A stretch of DNA of 64,000 nucleotides from Verrucomicrobiaceae bacterium (GTDB lineage Bacteria > Verrucomicrobiota > Verrucomicrobiia > Verrucomicrobiales > Akkermansiaceae), in assembly GCA_051252135.1 (NCBI GenBank), contig JBPOGH010000013.1, forward strand, positions 1-64,000, in the 5' to 3' direction. A program made the position numbers and the translations under genes. Of this stretch, positions 10,287-22,600 are shown piece by piece. Positions within the stretch are counted from its first letter, which is position 1; every line of letters begins with the position of its first letter. Under the pieces are notes generated by a model. That model searched no databases. It was not told the origin of the DNA and saw nothing but the letters and a program-made list of their open reading frames with translations.

Positions 10287-11282
10287 ATGAATACCAAGAC
10301 GGCAAACCCGGAACGATTCCCCTTCGAACTTGTGAGACCCCATCTCGACAAGGTCGAATCCCGGATTCGCGAACAGGTCCGCGATTTCGATCCCGGCGTC
10401 GAGCCCTACATGGCATATATCTGCGATACCAGCGGCAAACGCATCCGTCCCGCTCTCGCCATCCTCACCGGTGGTGCCACCGGCGAACTCAAGGACGAGC
10501 ACCTCGAACTCGGCGTCATTCTCGAACTCATCCACATGGCCACTCTGGTCCACGATGACATCATCGACGGAGCCAGCACCAGACGCAAGGTTCCCACCGC
10601 CAATGCCAAATGGGGTAACGGCATGGCCGTCCTCCTCGGCGACGCCCTTTTCTCTCACGCCCTTAAACTTTCGACCGATTTCAACGACCTCTCACTCAGC
10701 CGCGCCATCAGCCTGGCCGCCCGCGAAGTCTGCCAGGGTGAAATCCTCCAAACCCAACGCCGTTTCGATCTCACCATCACCAAGAAGGACTACTTCAAGA
10801 TGATCGAAATGAAGACCGGCGCCCTCTTCGCAGCAGCAGCAGGCCTCGCCGCCCAAATCTCGGGCCACGACGAATCACTCTGCCAGGCCATGTACGACTA
10901 CGGCATGAAGCTCGGCACCGCCTACCAAATCTACGATGACGTCGTCGACATGATCGGCAGTGAGGAAACCATCGGAAAAACCCTCGGGACCGACCTCGAA
11001 AAAGGGAAGCTCACCCTCCCCATCCTCAATCTCCTCGAAGTCGCCAGCCCTGCCCAGCGTGACAAGCTCACCAAGCGCATCATCGAGCAGCAGCCGCTCG
11101 ACTTCTCCGTCCTTGTCGGCATTGCTGATTACGAGGGAGCCGTTGATGCCGCCCTCAAGACCGCGATGACCCTCGTCGCCGAGGCCCGCGGCACCCTCGC
11201 ACTTCTTAACGATTCCCCCTCACGCACCGCACTTGAGGACATCACCCACTTCGTCGACGAGCTCCTCAAAAGCTGCCGCTAA
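10287..11282 (+). CDS. Long-chain polyprenyl diphosphate synthase (IspB/HepT family)
   Basis: GKRIRP, first aspartate-rich motif [16 protein letters not shown], second motif [25 protein letters not shown]. Confidence 0.93.
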   Translation: MNTKTANPERFPFELVRPHLDKVESRIREQVRDFDPGVEPYMAYICDTSGKRIRPALAILTGGATGELKDEHLELGVILELIHMATLVHDDIIDGASTRRKVPTANAKWGNGMAVLLGDALFSHALKLSTDFNDLSLSRAISLAAREVCQGEILQTQRRFDLTITKKDYFKMIEMKTGALFAAAAGLAAQISGHDESLCQAMYDYGMKLGTAYQIYDDVVDMIGSEETIGKTLGTDLEKGKLTLPILNLLEVASPAQRDKLTKRIIEQQPLDFSVLVGIADYEGAVDAALKTAMTLVAEARGTLALLNDSPSRTALEDITHFVDELLKSCR

Positions 11283-11299
11283 CACTTTATACTAACATC

Positions 11300-11791
11300 A
11301 TGGACGACATCAAAATCACCATCCAAACCAGCAAGGGCGACATCAACCTCACCCTCTTTCCCGATGACGCACCTGTCACCGTCACCTCCTTCCTTCACCT
11401 CGCCTCCAGCGGGTTCTACGACGGCCTTTCCTTCCATCGCGTCATCCCTAACTTCATGATCCAGGGCGGTTGCCCCCTCGGAACCGGCACCGGAAACCCC
11501 GGCTACAAGTTCGAGTGCGAATGCAAACCCAACCGTCGCCACGACAAGCCCGGCATCCTTTCCATGGCCAACGCCGGACCCAACACCAACGGATCCCAGT
11601 TCTTCATCACCCACGGCCCCACCCCCCACCTCGACGGCAAGCACACCGTCTTCGGTGAAACGACGGAGGGTCAGGACGTCATCAACTCCATCAAAGGAGG
11701 CGACCTCATCAAAGGAATCACCATCCACGGCTCCACCGATGACCTCTTCGCCGCACACCAGTCTCGCATCGACGACTGGAAAAAAAGCTAA
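11300..11791 (+). CDS. Cyclophilin-type peptidyl-prolyl cis-trans isomerase
   Basis: [48 protein letters not shown]. Confidence 0.96.
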   Translation: MDDIKITIQTSKGDINLTLFPDDAPVTVTSFLHLASSGFYDGLSFHRVIPNFMIQGGCPLGTGTGNPGYKFECECKPNRRHDKPGILSMANAGPNTNGSQFFITHGPTPHLDGKHTVFGETTEGQDVINSIKGGDLIKGITIHGSTDDLFAAHQSRIDDWKKS

Positions 11792-11815
11792 CTCCGGCCC
11801 TTCCCCAACCTTTTC

Positions 11816-11848
11816 AAAAGCCACGGCCCAATCCGCCGTGGCTTTTTT
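11816..11848 (+). terminator. Intrinsic terminator (potentially bidirectional) after the cyclophilin
   Basis: AAAAGCCACGGC-N7-GCCGTGGCTTTTTT. Confidence 0.85.
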
Positions 11849-11882
11849 GTGCCCCCGCTCCACTCCCCTCAAACAACGGCAC

Positions 11883-11912
11883 AAAAAAAGCCGCCGGAAT
11901 CATCCGGCGGCT
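11883..11912 (-). terminator. Intrinsic terminator of the PEP-CTERM gene
   Basis: AGCCGCCGGA-ATCA-TCCGGCGGCT preceded by an A-run, which is a T-tract on the minus strand. Confidence 0.85.
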
Positions 11913-11932
11913 CTGAAAAGTTCAACTCGAAA

Positions 11933-12604
11933 CTAGCGCTTCCGGCGAAGTCCGAGCAGCCCCAGACCGAGAAGCATCGTGAAACTTGCCGACGGCTCGG
12001 GAATGGCCGAAGTGGTCACCGAGAAACTCCAGTCATCGATGTAAGCCGCAACGCCGGCGCCAGCTTCGGCGTTTGCACCATCGGTACGATCATAGAAACT
12101 AAGAATCGGTGTGAAACCGGTAACAGGCGTTGTTCCGTCATTTTCAAACTCGGGAACCGTCTCCGTCATTGAGATCGTATGCCACGTATCCGCCGCAAGG
12201 GTATTCCAGACATTATTGTTAGCAAACGTCCCACCGGCATTGTTGTTGTTCCGGCGAACAATGAGGTTCACTCGATCCGTTTCCGTAAATGTCGTTGAGG
12301 AAGGAATAAAGAGGCGGAAAGTGGCCGTGAACGTATCAGTTCCTGCAATCACTCCAGCCGGGATATCGATCGTGTTCCCTGGAGGGTTCAACGCTCCCCA
12401 TACATTGCCACCGCTCAGGTCAATTGCGGCAACGGTTCCATTGGAACCCGCTGGAGCACCAGCCCCCAACACTTCAGTCACCGCAGCTCCGTTGTTTCCA
12501 TCATTGAGCTCGTCGATCCCATCCCAGTTCGCTTGATTGAGGATCGTCACCCCGAAAGAAGAGGTGATCGATGCCAAACCAATCAGTAGTAGTTTGTTAA
12601 TCAT
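11933..12604 (-). CDS. PEP-CTERM sorting domain surface protein
   Basis: C-terminal IPEPSASFTMLLGLGLLGLRRKR; N-terminal signal peptide MINKLLLIGLAS (alternative start 12616). Confidence 0.92.
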   Translation of the reverse strand: MINKLLLIGLASITSSFGVTILNQANWDGIDELNDGNNGAAVTEVLGAGAPAGSNGTVAAIDLSGGNVWGALNPPGNTIDIPAGVIAGTDTFTATFRLFIPSSTTFTETDRVNLIVRRNNNNAGGTFANNNVWNTLAADTWHTISMTETVPEFENDGTTPVTGFTPILSFYDRTDGANAEAGAGVAAYIDDWSFSVTTSAIPEPSASFTMLLGLGLLGLRRKR

Positions 12605-12742
12605 ATGCGGTGCCATGCTAGCCTTCTCCCCCCAAGATCTGTCAAACAGATTTTCCACTCATTCATTTAAGAGATACGGAATTCTTTCGAGCTTTCTCAC
12701 TTCGGGGTTCTCAATTCCACTAACCTCCCCTATCCCTCCCGC

Positions 12743-14737
<1,995 letters not shown>

Positions 14738-14785
14738 GGACATTCTAAAAGCTGGCCCGGATCCACCGAAACGCTACCTTCAGCC

Positions 14786-15817
14786 ATGCGTGTCGTCTCG
14801 ATCCTCATCATGGCCCTCACTCTTCAAAGCGGATACTCCGAAGAAAAATCCCCAAAACAACAGGGCTACACCTTCCCCGATGAATGGGAAGCGCACACCG
14901 GCACCATGATGATCTTTCCCGCCCGCGAAGGCTACGGGAAACAAACAAACGCCCTCCGCCGCGAATTTCACAACGTCGCCGCCGCCATCGCCCAAAACGA
15001 ACCCGTCATCGTCTTCTGCCGCACCGAAGAATTCGCCACCTGCCAAAACTCCCTCGGCAAAATCCCCAACCTCACCATCAAACCCGGCCCCTTCCAAATC
15101 GACTGGGCCCGCGACAACGCCCCAATGGTCCTCGTCGGCCCGAACGGCCAACTCGCCTCCGCCGGATTCCGCTTCAACGGATGGGGCAAAAAATACCGCG
15201 GTTGGAAAGACGATGCCGACACCCGCGATGACATCTCCCGCGCCATGAAATGGCCCGTCTTCCACTCCGACTTCGTCCTCGAGGGCGGCTCCATCGAAAT
15301 CGGCGATGGCATCGGCATCGTCACCGAATCCTGCGTCCTCAACCCCAACCGAACCGATTGGACCAAAGCCGAAGTCACCCGGGAACTCACCGAAATGCTC
15401 GGGCTAAAAAAGATCATCTGGCTCCCCAGCGGACTCATGCCCGATCCCGTCACCGACGGCCACGTCGACGGACTCTGCAAATGGGTCGCCCCCAACACCG
15501 TCCTCCTCCACTCCTGCGACCTCAAATCAGACCCCAACTACACCATCTGCCTCGACGCCAAAAAAATCCTCCAGTCCCACGGAATCAACGTCATCGACCT
15601 CCCCCTTGCCGATGACATCGTCCACATGAACTACTACCTCGGCTCCGGCGGAAAAGTCGCCTACGTCCCCACCTGCGGAGACCCCGCACAAGACGATCCC
15701 GCCCTTGCCGTTATCCGCAAGCTGCACCCCAAAGTCGTCCCCATCAAATCCGTCGCCATCGCCAAAGCCGGCGGAGGCATCCACTGCTACACCCAGCAAA
15801 TCCCCTCCACCAAATAG
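14786..15817 (+). CDS. Agmatine deiminase / peptidylarginine deiminase family protein with signal peptide
   Basis: FPDEWEAH, WARD, FNGWG.K, LEGGSI, TDGHVD, catalytic GGGIHC.TQQ. Confidence 0.92.
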   Translation: MRVVSILIMALTLQSGYSEEKSPKQQGYTFPDEWEAHTGTMMIFPAREGYGKQTNALRREFHNVAAAIAQNEPVIVFCRTEEFATCQNSLGKIPNLTIKPGPFQIDWARDNAPMVLVGPNGQLASAGFRFNGWGKKYRGWKDDADTRDDISRAMKWPVFHSDFVLEGGSIEIGDGIGIVTESCVLNPNRTDWTKAEVTRELTEMLGLKKIIWLPSGLMPDPVTDGHVDGLCKWVAPNTVLLHSCDLKSDPNYTICLDAKKILQSHGINVIDLPLADDIVHMNYYLGSGGKVAYVPTCGDPAQDDPALAVIRKLHPKVVPIKSVAIAKAGGGIHCYTQQIPSTK

Positions 15818-15889
15818 CCCGCTCCCATCAGCCATCACCCCGGAAAAAAAACTGCGCGACATCTCCCCTCCCGACATCTCCCCCACGCG

Positions 15890-17809
15890 ATGCACCTCCC
15901 TAAAATTCTCCTTCTGGCCCTCTGCTCAGCCAGCCTAGGCCTCGCCTCCCAGCCCAATGTCATCCTCATCACCGTCGATGATCTCAATGACTGGATCGAG
16001 CCCTACGGCGGCCACCCCCAGACCAAAACACCCGAAATGGCAAAATTCTGCAAGGGCAACGCCACCACCCCGGGCGCCATCGTCTTCCGCAACGCCGTCT
16101 GCGCCGCCCCCGTCTGTGGCCCCTCCCGCTCCGCCATGATGTGCGGCTACCTGCCCCATCGCACCGGAATTTATAACAACAGCACCAACATGCTCGACTC
16201 CCCCCTCGTCCGGCAAAACCCAACTCTCCCCGAATACTTCCGCCTCCACGGCTACCACACCCTTTCCACCGGAAAATTTTTCCACGGTCACGAATCCGTT
16301 AACGGCCAGGACTACGGACACTGGGCCTTCGACCTCCACGAGTGGACCCCCCTCTTCGATAAGACGGACCCAACCAAAGAAACCGTCAGCAAAACAAACA
16401 CCTTCAAGGGCGTTGTCGATACCACCGCCAACTACCCCAACTATTCACAAACCAAAGGCCTCTCATGGGGACCGTCGCTGGACCCCGATTTCTCCGCTCA
16501 AAAAGACTACGGAAAAGCCACCTGGGCCAAAGATCAACTCGAAGGCTCCCTTCAGGAACCCTTCTTCATGGCCGTCGGAATCTACAAACCCCACGTCCCC
16601 TGGTTCGTCGCTCAAGAGTTTATCGACCTCTACGATGAATTCGATTCCTCACCCGGCGCAGGGGACCTCGCCAACCTCGTCACCCCCACCGTCCTCGCCA
16701 CCGACCTCGAGGACATCAATCGCATCTCAAACGGAAACGACACCTTCTCCTCCATGAAGGACTACGACTGGGTCGTCGCCAACGACGCCGAGCATAACAC
16801 CATCAAAGAAGCCACCCGCCACTACCTCGCCTGCGTCAGCCAATCCGACAAATGCCTCGGCCGCATCATGGATGCCCTCAACGCCAGCGCCTATAAGGAC
16901 AACACCATCGTCGTCATCGTCGGAGACCACGGCTGGCACCTCGGAGAAAAACTCCAATATCACAAGCAGACCCTCTGGGCTGAATCCGTCCTCACCCCCA
17001 TGATGGTTCGCACCCCTTCCACCCCCGCCTCCACCAGCTATCAATATTGCGATAACCCTGTCGGACTCATCGATCTCTACCCCACCCTCATCGACCTCTG
17101 CGGACTCCAGCCCAAGCCGGATCTCGATGGCTCAAACTTCAGCTCCATGCTCTCAAACCCCTCACTGGATACCGGGAGCGCCGCCATCACCGTCAGCGCA
17201 AAAGGAGTCTCCGTTCTCACCAAAGATTGGCACTACATCGAAGACCGCCCCAAGGACAACGTCGGCAATCTCATTTCCAAACAACTCTACGATCGCAACG
17301 CCGACCCCATGGAGCACAACAACCTCAACGCCGGAAACTCCCCAAGTCCCGCCGCCCTCGCAAAAATGGAAGAGCTCGATGACTTCGCCCCCCAAACCTT
17401 CGCCGCCAATGTCGAGGTCGATCACGGCTCCGCTCCCAACAAAGACAAGGACCTCACCATCAAACCCAACCGCCTCATCGCCGACTACGATCAGGACGGC
17501 TACAACGACCTCTTCGAACAATTCCTCGGCACCAATGGCGCCATCGCCCGAACCGCCGACCCCAAAGCCTCGGCCTACCCCAAGGTCTCCCTCAAAGCCA
17601 ACGGCAAGCGCGCCTTCCACTACGGGGTTTCCTCATCCTTCAGCAGCTTCAACTTCACCCACAAGCTTCAGAAAAGCAGCACCCTCGGTAGCTGGAGCTC
17701 CCATTTTGATGCCACCATCAGCAGCGAATTTCCCGGCTCCTACGAATACGAATTCCCCCTCACCGAAGAAAAGGAATTCGTCAGACTCGAACTCAGCGCT
17801 GCCCAGTAG
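15890..17809 (+). CDS. Sulfatase (iduronate-2-sulfatase/choline sulfatase-like) with C-terminal extension
   Basis: NVILITVDDL, CGPSR formylglycine motif, GKFFH, YKPHVP, GDHGWHLGEK. Confidence 0.92.
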   Translation: MHLPKILLLALCSASLGLASQPNVILITVDDLNDWIEPYGGHPQTKTPEMAKFCKGNATTPGAIVFRNAVCAAPVCGPSRSAMMCGYLPHRTGIYNNSTNMLDSPLVRQNPTLPEYFRLHGYHTLSTGKFFHGHESVNGQDYGHWAFDLHEWTPLFDKTDPTKETVSKTNTFKGVVDTTANYPNYSQTKGLSWGPSLDPDFSAQKDYGKATWAKDQLEGSLQEPFFMAVGIYKPHVPWFVAQEFIDLYDEFDSSPGAGDLANLVTPTVLATDLEDINRISNGNDTFSSMKDYDWVVANDAEHNTIKEATRHYLACVSQSDKCLGRIMDALNASAYKDNTIVVIVGDHGWHLGEKLQYHKQTLWAESVLTPMMVRTPSTPASTSYQYCDNPVGLIDLYPTLIDLCGLQPKPDLDGSNFSSMLSNPSLDTGSAAITVSAKGVSVLTKDWHYIEDRPKDNVGNLISKQLYDRNADPMEHNNLNAGNSPSPAALAKMEELDDFAPQTFAANVEVDHGSAPNKDKDLTIKPNRLIADYDQDGYNDLFEQFLGTNGAIARTADPKASAYPKVSLKANGKRAFHYGVSSSFSSFNFTHKLQKSSTLGSWSSHFDATISSEFPGSYEYEFPLTEEKEFVRLELSAAQ

Positions 17810-17874
17810 CTTCCCTCGCTTCGCGACCTCTCCCTCTCCAAAAACTTCGAAGCCGGGGTTCTTCGAAATCGATA

Positions 17875-17910
17875 AAAAACAGGCCGAAGCCCTCTCGGAC
17901 CCCGGCCTGT
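17875..17910 (-). terminator. Intrinsic terminator between convergent genes
   Basis: ACAGGCCG...CGGCCTGT stem with an adjacent A-run. Confidence 0.65.
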
Positions 17911-17932
17911 CGATCATGCTGTATTGGCTCTA

Positions 17933-18397
17933 TTAGGAGGACATTGCCGAAGCGGCGTTCTCAAGGCTCTTCAGCCTTTTGTGGATCTTTTCAATCTCCA
18001 TCAACTGATTCGTGATCACCCGGTTTGCAGCCGGTGTCACATCAGAAGCCCGCGCATATTCGCGGTAGTCTTCGATCGTCTTGTCCTCTCCGCGAAGACA
18101 CTCATCAAGGATTTCATGCTCCGGGCTATCCGAAAGTTTGCCGCGAAGATCGATCCAAAACTGGTGGAGCTTGCCGATCATGCTCGCACCCTTGTCAGGC
18201 TCGGCTCCCAACGACACGAGAACTGATTTAATCTCTCCGCCAAAAGCACGACGCTGGTCCGAGTACTCGCGGAACAAGGAAGCCAAAGCATCGTGTTCCA
18301 CCGCCTCTGCCGCATGGTTAAACCCTTGCTCGGCATCATAGGCACGGGTCAGGAGGTCTTGCAGGATATCAATCGTTTTCTGGTTGTTTTCACTCAT
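17933..18397 (-). CDS. PA2169/DUF2383 family ferritin-like four-helix-bundle protein
   Basis: LQDLL..AYDAEQGF..AAE, LG.EPDKG.S..GKLHQFWIDLR, IL.EC.RGE. Confidence 0.88.
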   Translation of the reverse strand: MSENNQKTIDILQDLLTRAYDAEQGFNHAAEAVEHDALASLFREYSDQRRAFGGEIKSVLVSLGAEPDKGASMIGKLHQFWIDLRGKLSDSPEHEILDECLRGEDKTIEDYREYARASDVTPAANRVITNQLMEIEKIHKRLKSLENAASAMSS

Positions 18398-18544
18398 AAC
18401 ACCAAAGGTATTGCAGAGCTCATTCCAGATTTTCTTCACTGATTTTCAATAAGTTACAAGCATCACGCTTCACAACCGGCATGCAGATTGAATGACCTTG
18501 CGGGATAAGATGGGATTTTTGCAATCTTCGTCCCACCACCCCAT

Positions 18545-19252
18545 TCAACACCGCGCCGCTTTCCTTTTCTTTCCGATCCGCCCCATCCCCTCAATCTTCT
18601 CAATATAGGAAAGCGCATCCGGCGTCTTGCACCCCGTCGCCCCCTGATCGACGCTCACCTTCCCGATCTTCTTCGCCGCCGCTTTCGCCTTCTTGGTAAG
18701 TGAGGGAACGTAGCTCCCCACGGAAATCACATAACCGTTCATCGCAGCCTTCACTTCATTCCGCTCGTTATGAATCTCCTTCACCACCCGGTCCAGCCAC
18801 CCCTCGCATGCCGCCGCATCCACCTCCTCATCCGGCGTGATCGAAATATAATGCGTCAACGTGCTCCATCCTCCCGAGGCAATCAGTTCATTCTTCGATT
18901 CAATCCACTTCTCAGCCAACGCCACCGCATGACCTGACTCCGCCGCAAGCGCAGCCACCGCAGAATTGGAAATCAATCTCCAGGGCGCCTCCTTCATCCA
19001 CAGATTCAACTCCGCCTTCGTCACCGCATCCTTATCCGCAATCAATCCCGCCAGATATTGCGCGTCCGAATTCCCCGTCGCATAAAGTTCCAGCGCCAGC
19101 GGGTGATTATTCTTCCCCGCCTTAATCAGCGCCTTCATATCACCAATCTTCACCCCAAAGATCGGCTCCACCGCTCCGTGCCGCATGAGCGTCTTCTTCG
19201 TCTGCTCATTTCCGAGCTTCTTCAATTCTGCCAAAACTGTCTTTGCTGTCAT
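18545..19252 (-). CDS. DNA alkylation repair (AlkD-like HEAT repeat) family protein
   Basis: FGVKIGDMK, LALELYATGNSDAQYLAGLI, C-terminal V.VDQGATGCKTPDA..YIEK..GRIGKKRKAARC. Confidence 0.85.
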   Translation of the reverse strand: MTAKTVLAELKKLGNEQTKKTLMRHGAVEPIFGVKIGDMKALIKAGKNNHPLALELYATGNSDAQYLAGLIADKDAVTKAELNLWMKEAPWRLISNSAVAALAAESGHAVALAEKWIESKNELIASGGWSTLTHYISITPDEEVDAAACEGWLDRVVKEIHNERNEVKAAMNGYVISVGSYVPSLTKKAKAAAKKIGKVSVDQGATGCKTPDALSYIEKIEGMGRIGKKRKAARC

Positions 19253-19271
19253 CGCTACCTCTTAACATGAC

Positions 19272-19299
19272 AAAAAAAAGAGTGGTTTAAAACCACTCT
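19272..19299 (-). terminator. Intrinsic terminator of the entericidin gene
   Basis: AGAGTGGTTT/AAACCACTCT stem with an A8 run. Confidence 0.75.
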
Positions 19300-19326
19300 C
19301 TTGAATTCTGGCTGTCTCCTTCCGGA

Positions 19327-19455
19327 CTACTGGCTCGCGGCCTTCTGAATGCCGTCACCGGCACTTTGAACATCGCGCCCCAAACCCTGCATGGTCTGGC
19401 AGCTGGAAAGAGCAGTCAAGGCGGCGGCAAGGACCAAAAGTGTCAGTGTTTTCAT
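19327..19455 (-). CDS. Entericidin A/B family lipoprotein (42 aa; absent from the ORF track)
   Basis: Manual translation gives MKTLTLLVLAAALTALSSCQTMQGLGRDVQSAGDGIQKAASQ*. It has lipobox LSSC and the C.T..G.G.D...G..I signature, and a terminator follows. Confidence 0.92.
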   Translation of the reverse strand: MKTLTLLVLAAALTALSSCQTMQGLGRDVQSAGDGIQKAASQ

Positions 19456-19579
19456 CGGCGATTGGTATGCGAATCAACACCGAAAATGTCAAGCCACAGA
19501 CACGGGGAGCGATTCTTAAATAACAACCCCGCAGCCTTCCAAAATGCCTCTTCCATCCGACAGCTCATCTTGCCACAAT

Positions 19580-19595
19580 CGGCACAGACTCTGCA
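19580..19595 (+). promoter_or_regulatory. Candidate sigma54 (-24/-12) promoter of PPi-PEPCK
   Basis: CGGCACAGACTCTGCA = GG-N10-GC, ending 12 nt before the ATG. Confidence 0.55.
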
Positions 19596-19607
19596 CCACT
19601 CACGCTC

Positions 19608-22600
19608 ATGCCACTCAAAGACACCATCGGCTTCACCGAAAACGGCCCTGCCATCGCCTCTCCTGACGAAGAAAACCGCCTCCGCGAGTTCGTCAACCTC
19701 AAGCTCGCTGCCCGTGGCCACCACATCGTCGGACAAGAAGACGACTACCCTTTCCTCGACCTCGGCCGCTCCCTCATCGCTTCCTTCCAGGAAAAAACCC
19801 GCCTCCTCTCCGATTACCTCTGCCCCGTCGACCAAGCCATTCACGACTACCTCGCCAAAACCCTCGACGACACCGAAACACCCGCCCTCGTCCCCGCCGG
19901 AGCCCTCGTCCTCGAGCGCCACGGCATCGGCCGTATGCTTTCCCTCCCTCCCGATCAGGACCACTTCCAGTCGTCCATCCTCGATTCCTACCGCGTCTAC
20001 CAGGGCGTCTGCCACAACCCCAAATCCGACCGACGCACCACTAGCGGCGTCTTCCACGTTGCCGAGGGCGGACTCCCCGTCCCCGCCGATAAAAAAGAAG
20101 TCCCTCTCCAAACCTTCGCCGGCCTCCTCAAAGCCGCCCTTAATCCGCCCGAGGACATCATGGTCCTCCCCTTCACCGGCACCAGCGAGAACCCCGCCAA
20201 GGTCTTCGTCTCCCTCCTCCTCCGCCCCATCGTCTGCCCCGCCATCCCCGGCGTCTCCGCCGAAAAGCGCATGGAAGTCCGCTTCTTCGCTCCGGGCAAC
20301 CTCGTCTCCAATCTCGACTTCGTCGAAAGCATCTTCGGCAACGGCGGAGACCCCTACCTCCCGGAAAACGATTCCCGCCTCGACGAAAATTGGACCGGCC
20401 ATACCGGCTGCGTCATCCTCGCCCCCCAACTCACCAAACTCAAAAAGAAGGACCTCGGCCTCCCCCATATTTCCGAAGCCACCGACCGCCAAAAGGCCGA
20501 CGGCATGTGCTGGGAATCTGAGGACGAACTCTACAACAACGGCTCCGCTTTCAAAATCACCTCCCGTGACACCTCCGGAACCGTCGTCACCCTCATCGCC
20601 GATAACTACTACGGCTACTGCAAAAAAGAGGTCAAAACCCAGCTCAGCTACGCCACCAACCTCCTCGGAAATGCCGAGGAAGAACACGCCGGCGGAGCCA
20701 TCGCCTTCCCCGGAGCCGACCTCGGAGAAGACTTCGCTCTCAGTGAATTCAAGCGCGACGTAAAACACAAATTCGAGAGCGTCATCAAACGCTACGGCGA
20801 CCTCATGGACCTCCAACCCGAGGGATACGGCATCGATAAAATCCACTCCAACATCTTCTACCTCCCCGAGAACGTCCGCATCCAGCTCGATGACCAATCC
20901 ATCTCCTGGGACGATCAAAAAATCAGCCTCCAACCCGGCATCACCTACATCCTCCCCTCCGGCTACAAGGTCGAAATGGTCAAGCCCTCCGTCGGCCAAC
21001 GCTGGCGTCTCATAGGCACCAATGCCGAGGGCACCTTCTGCCACAAACCCTGCACCGTCTCCGGCGGCGGAAAATCCGAAATCTCAAAGTCCCTTTCGGA
21101 CGCCATGATCACCGGCCCCGTCATCGTAAAGAATTTCAAAAAGGACCTCAAGGAAGCCCTCGAACTCGTCCATCGCGACTACGCCGACCGCTACCAAAAC
21201 CCCAACGAGCCCGGCAAACCCTCCCGCCCCCTCCTCTGCAACTCACGCTCCCTCGGCTCCGTCATCCGCCTCTTCACCCCCAACCCGAACTACACCGACG
21301 CCTACAACGAATGGCTCGACTCCATCCCCCGTTCGGCGCGCGACCTCGTCTTCGTCATCAAACGCCTCTACAAACCGGACTGGGAAAATGACGCCGACTG
21401 GAGCACCCGCTTCAGCGTCGACCTCATCAACGGCCGCGCCGGAAAAGAACTCATCTACAACCGCCAACGCCTCGTCTCCCAATACCTCCGCGTCGGCTTC
21501 GAGCCGGACGGCACCTGGCGCACCTTCAGTCTCCGCAAGGACTTCGCCCCCGCCAAAAAAATCCAAACCGAGGACGACATCACCGCCACCAGCGTCATCC
21601 CCGCCGACCAGGTCGAAGGCCTCCACCCCGACCTCGTCCAACCCTCGCTCAAGTTCGCCAAGAACTGCGAATACCGCCTCTTCCAACGCCCCGATGACGC
21701 CATCGTCCGCGGCTACGATAAGCAGACCGAAATCGACTTCAGCCGCAAGGGCACCTTCTTTTCAAACTACGAACCCATCCCTCGCGCCGATGCCGGGGAA
21801 ATGAAAAAAGACGCCATCCGCTTCGAGTATTTCACCCAGCCGATGCAAGACATGCTCACCAGCTACCTTGCCGAAGAAAAACCGGACTACGTCATCTCTT
21901 CCCACCTTCCCCGCATCGTCAACGGCAAGCCCACCAAGAACCCCCGCTACCTTCAAAATCGACCCGATCTCGAAGACCCGCGCAGCCTCTACATCGCGGA
22001 GATCGGCTCCCGCTTCTACCGCCGCCTCCCCATCGACGCCCCCGTCCCCATGCCCGTCAATTCCGTCCTCATGGGCCGACGCAACAACCCTGCCGAGCCC
22101 GGCATCCGCTCCCTCGCCGTCTTCAATCCCCTCCACTACCAGGAGCTCCCCGAGCTCTTCATGGACTTCATCGCCTCCCTCACCGGGAAAAGCCCCTCCA
22201 CCACCGGAGCCGGCAGCGAGGGCGCCCTCACCAAAGGCCCCTTCAACGCCCTCCTCCCCATCCATGATCTCAACGCCGCCCTCGTCAGCTACATCCTGAC
22301 CGGCGACTCCGGATTCTCCACCGCCGCCGGACACATCGGTCGCAAATACCGCTTCGAGCACGACATCTCGCTCCTCGTCCCCGAAATCTGGTCCCGCATG
22401 TTCATCCCCGAGCGCGACCCGGAATTCCTCATCAGCAACGGCTTCCTCGAAAAAATCGACGACTTCGAGCACGATGGTCAGACCATCCTCGCCAGCCGCC
22501 TCGGCTACCGCATCACCGAGAGCTTCGTCGCCACCTTCTTTGGTCGCATGTTCTCCGCGCCCGATACCGTCTTCACCGGCGAAATGCTCCGCCCCGAAGA

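Noticed and set aside
18478..18494. Sigma54-like CCGGCATGCAGATTGA near the first PA2169 gene
   Set aside because: It lacks the -12 GC and points away from the gene.
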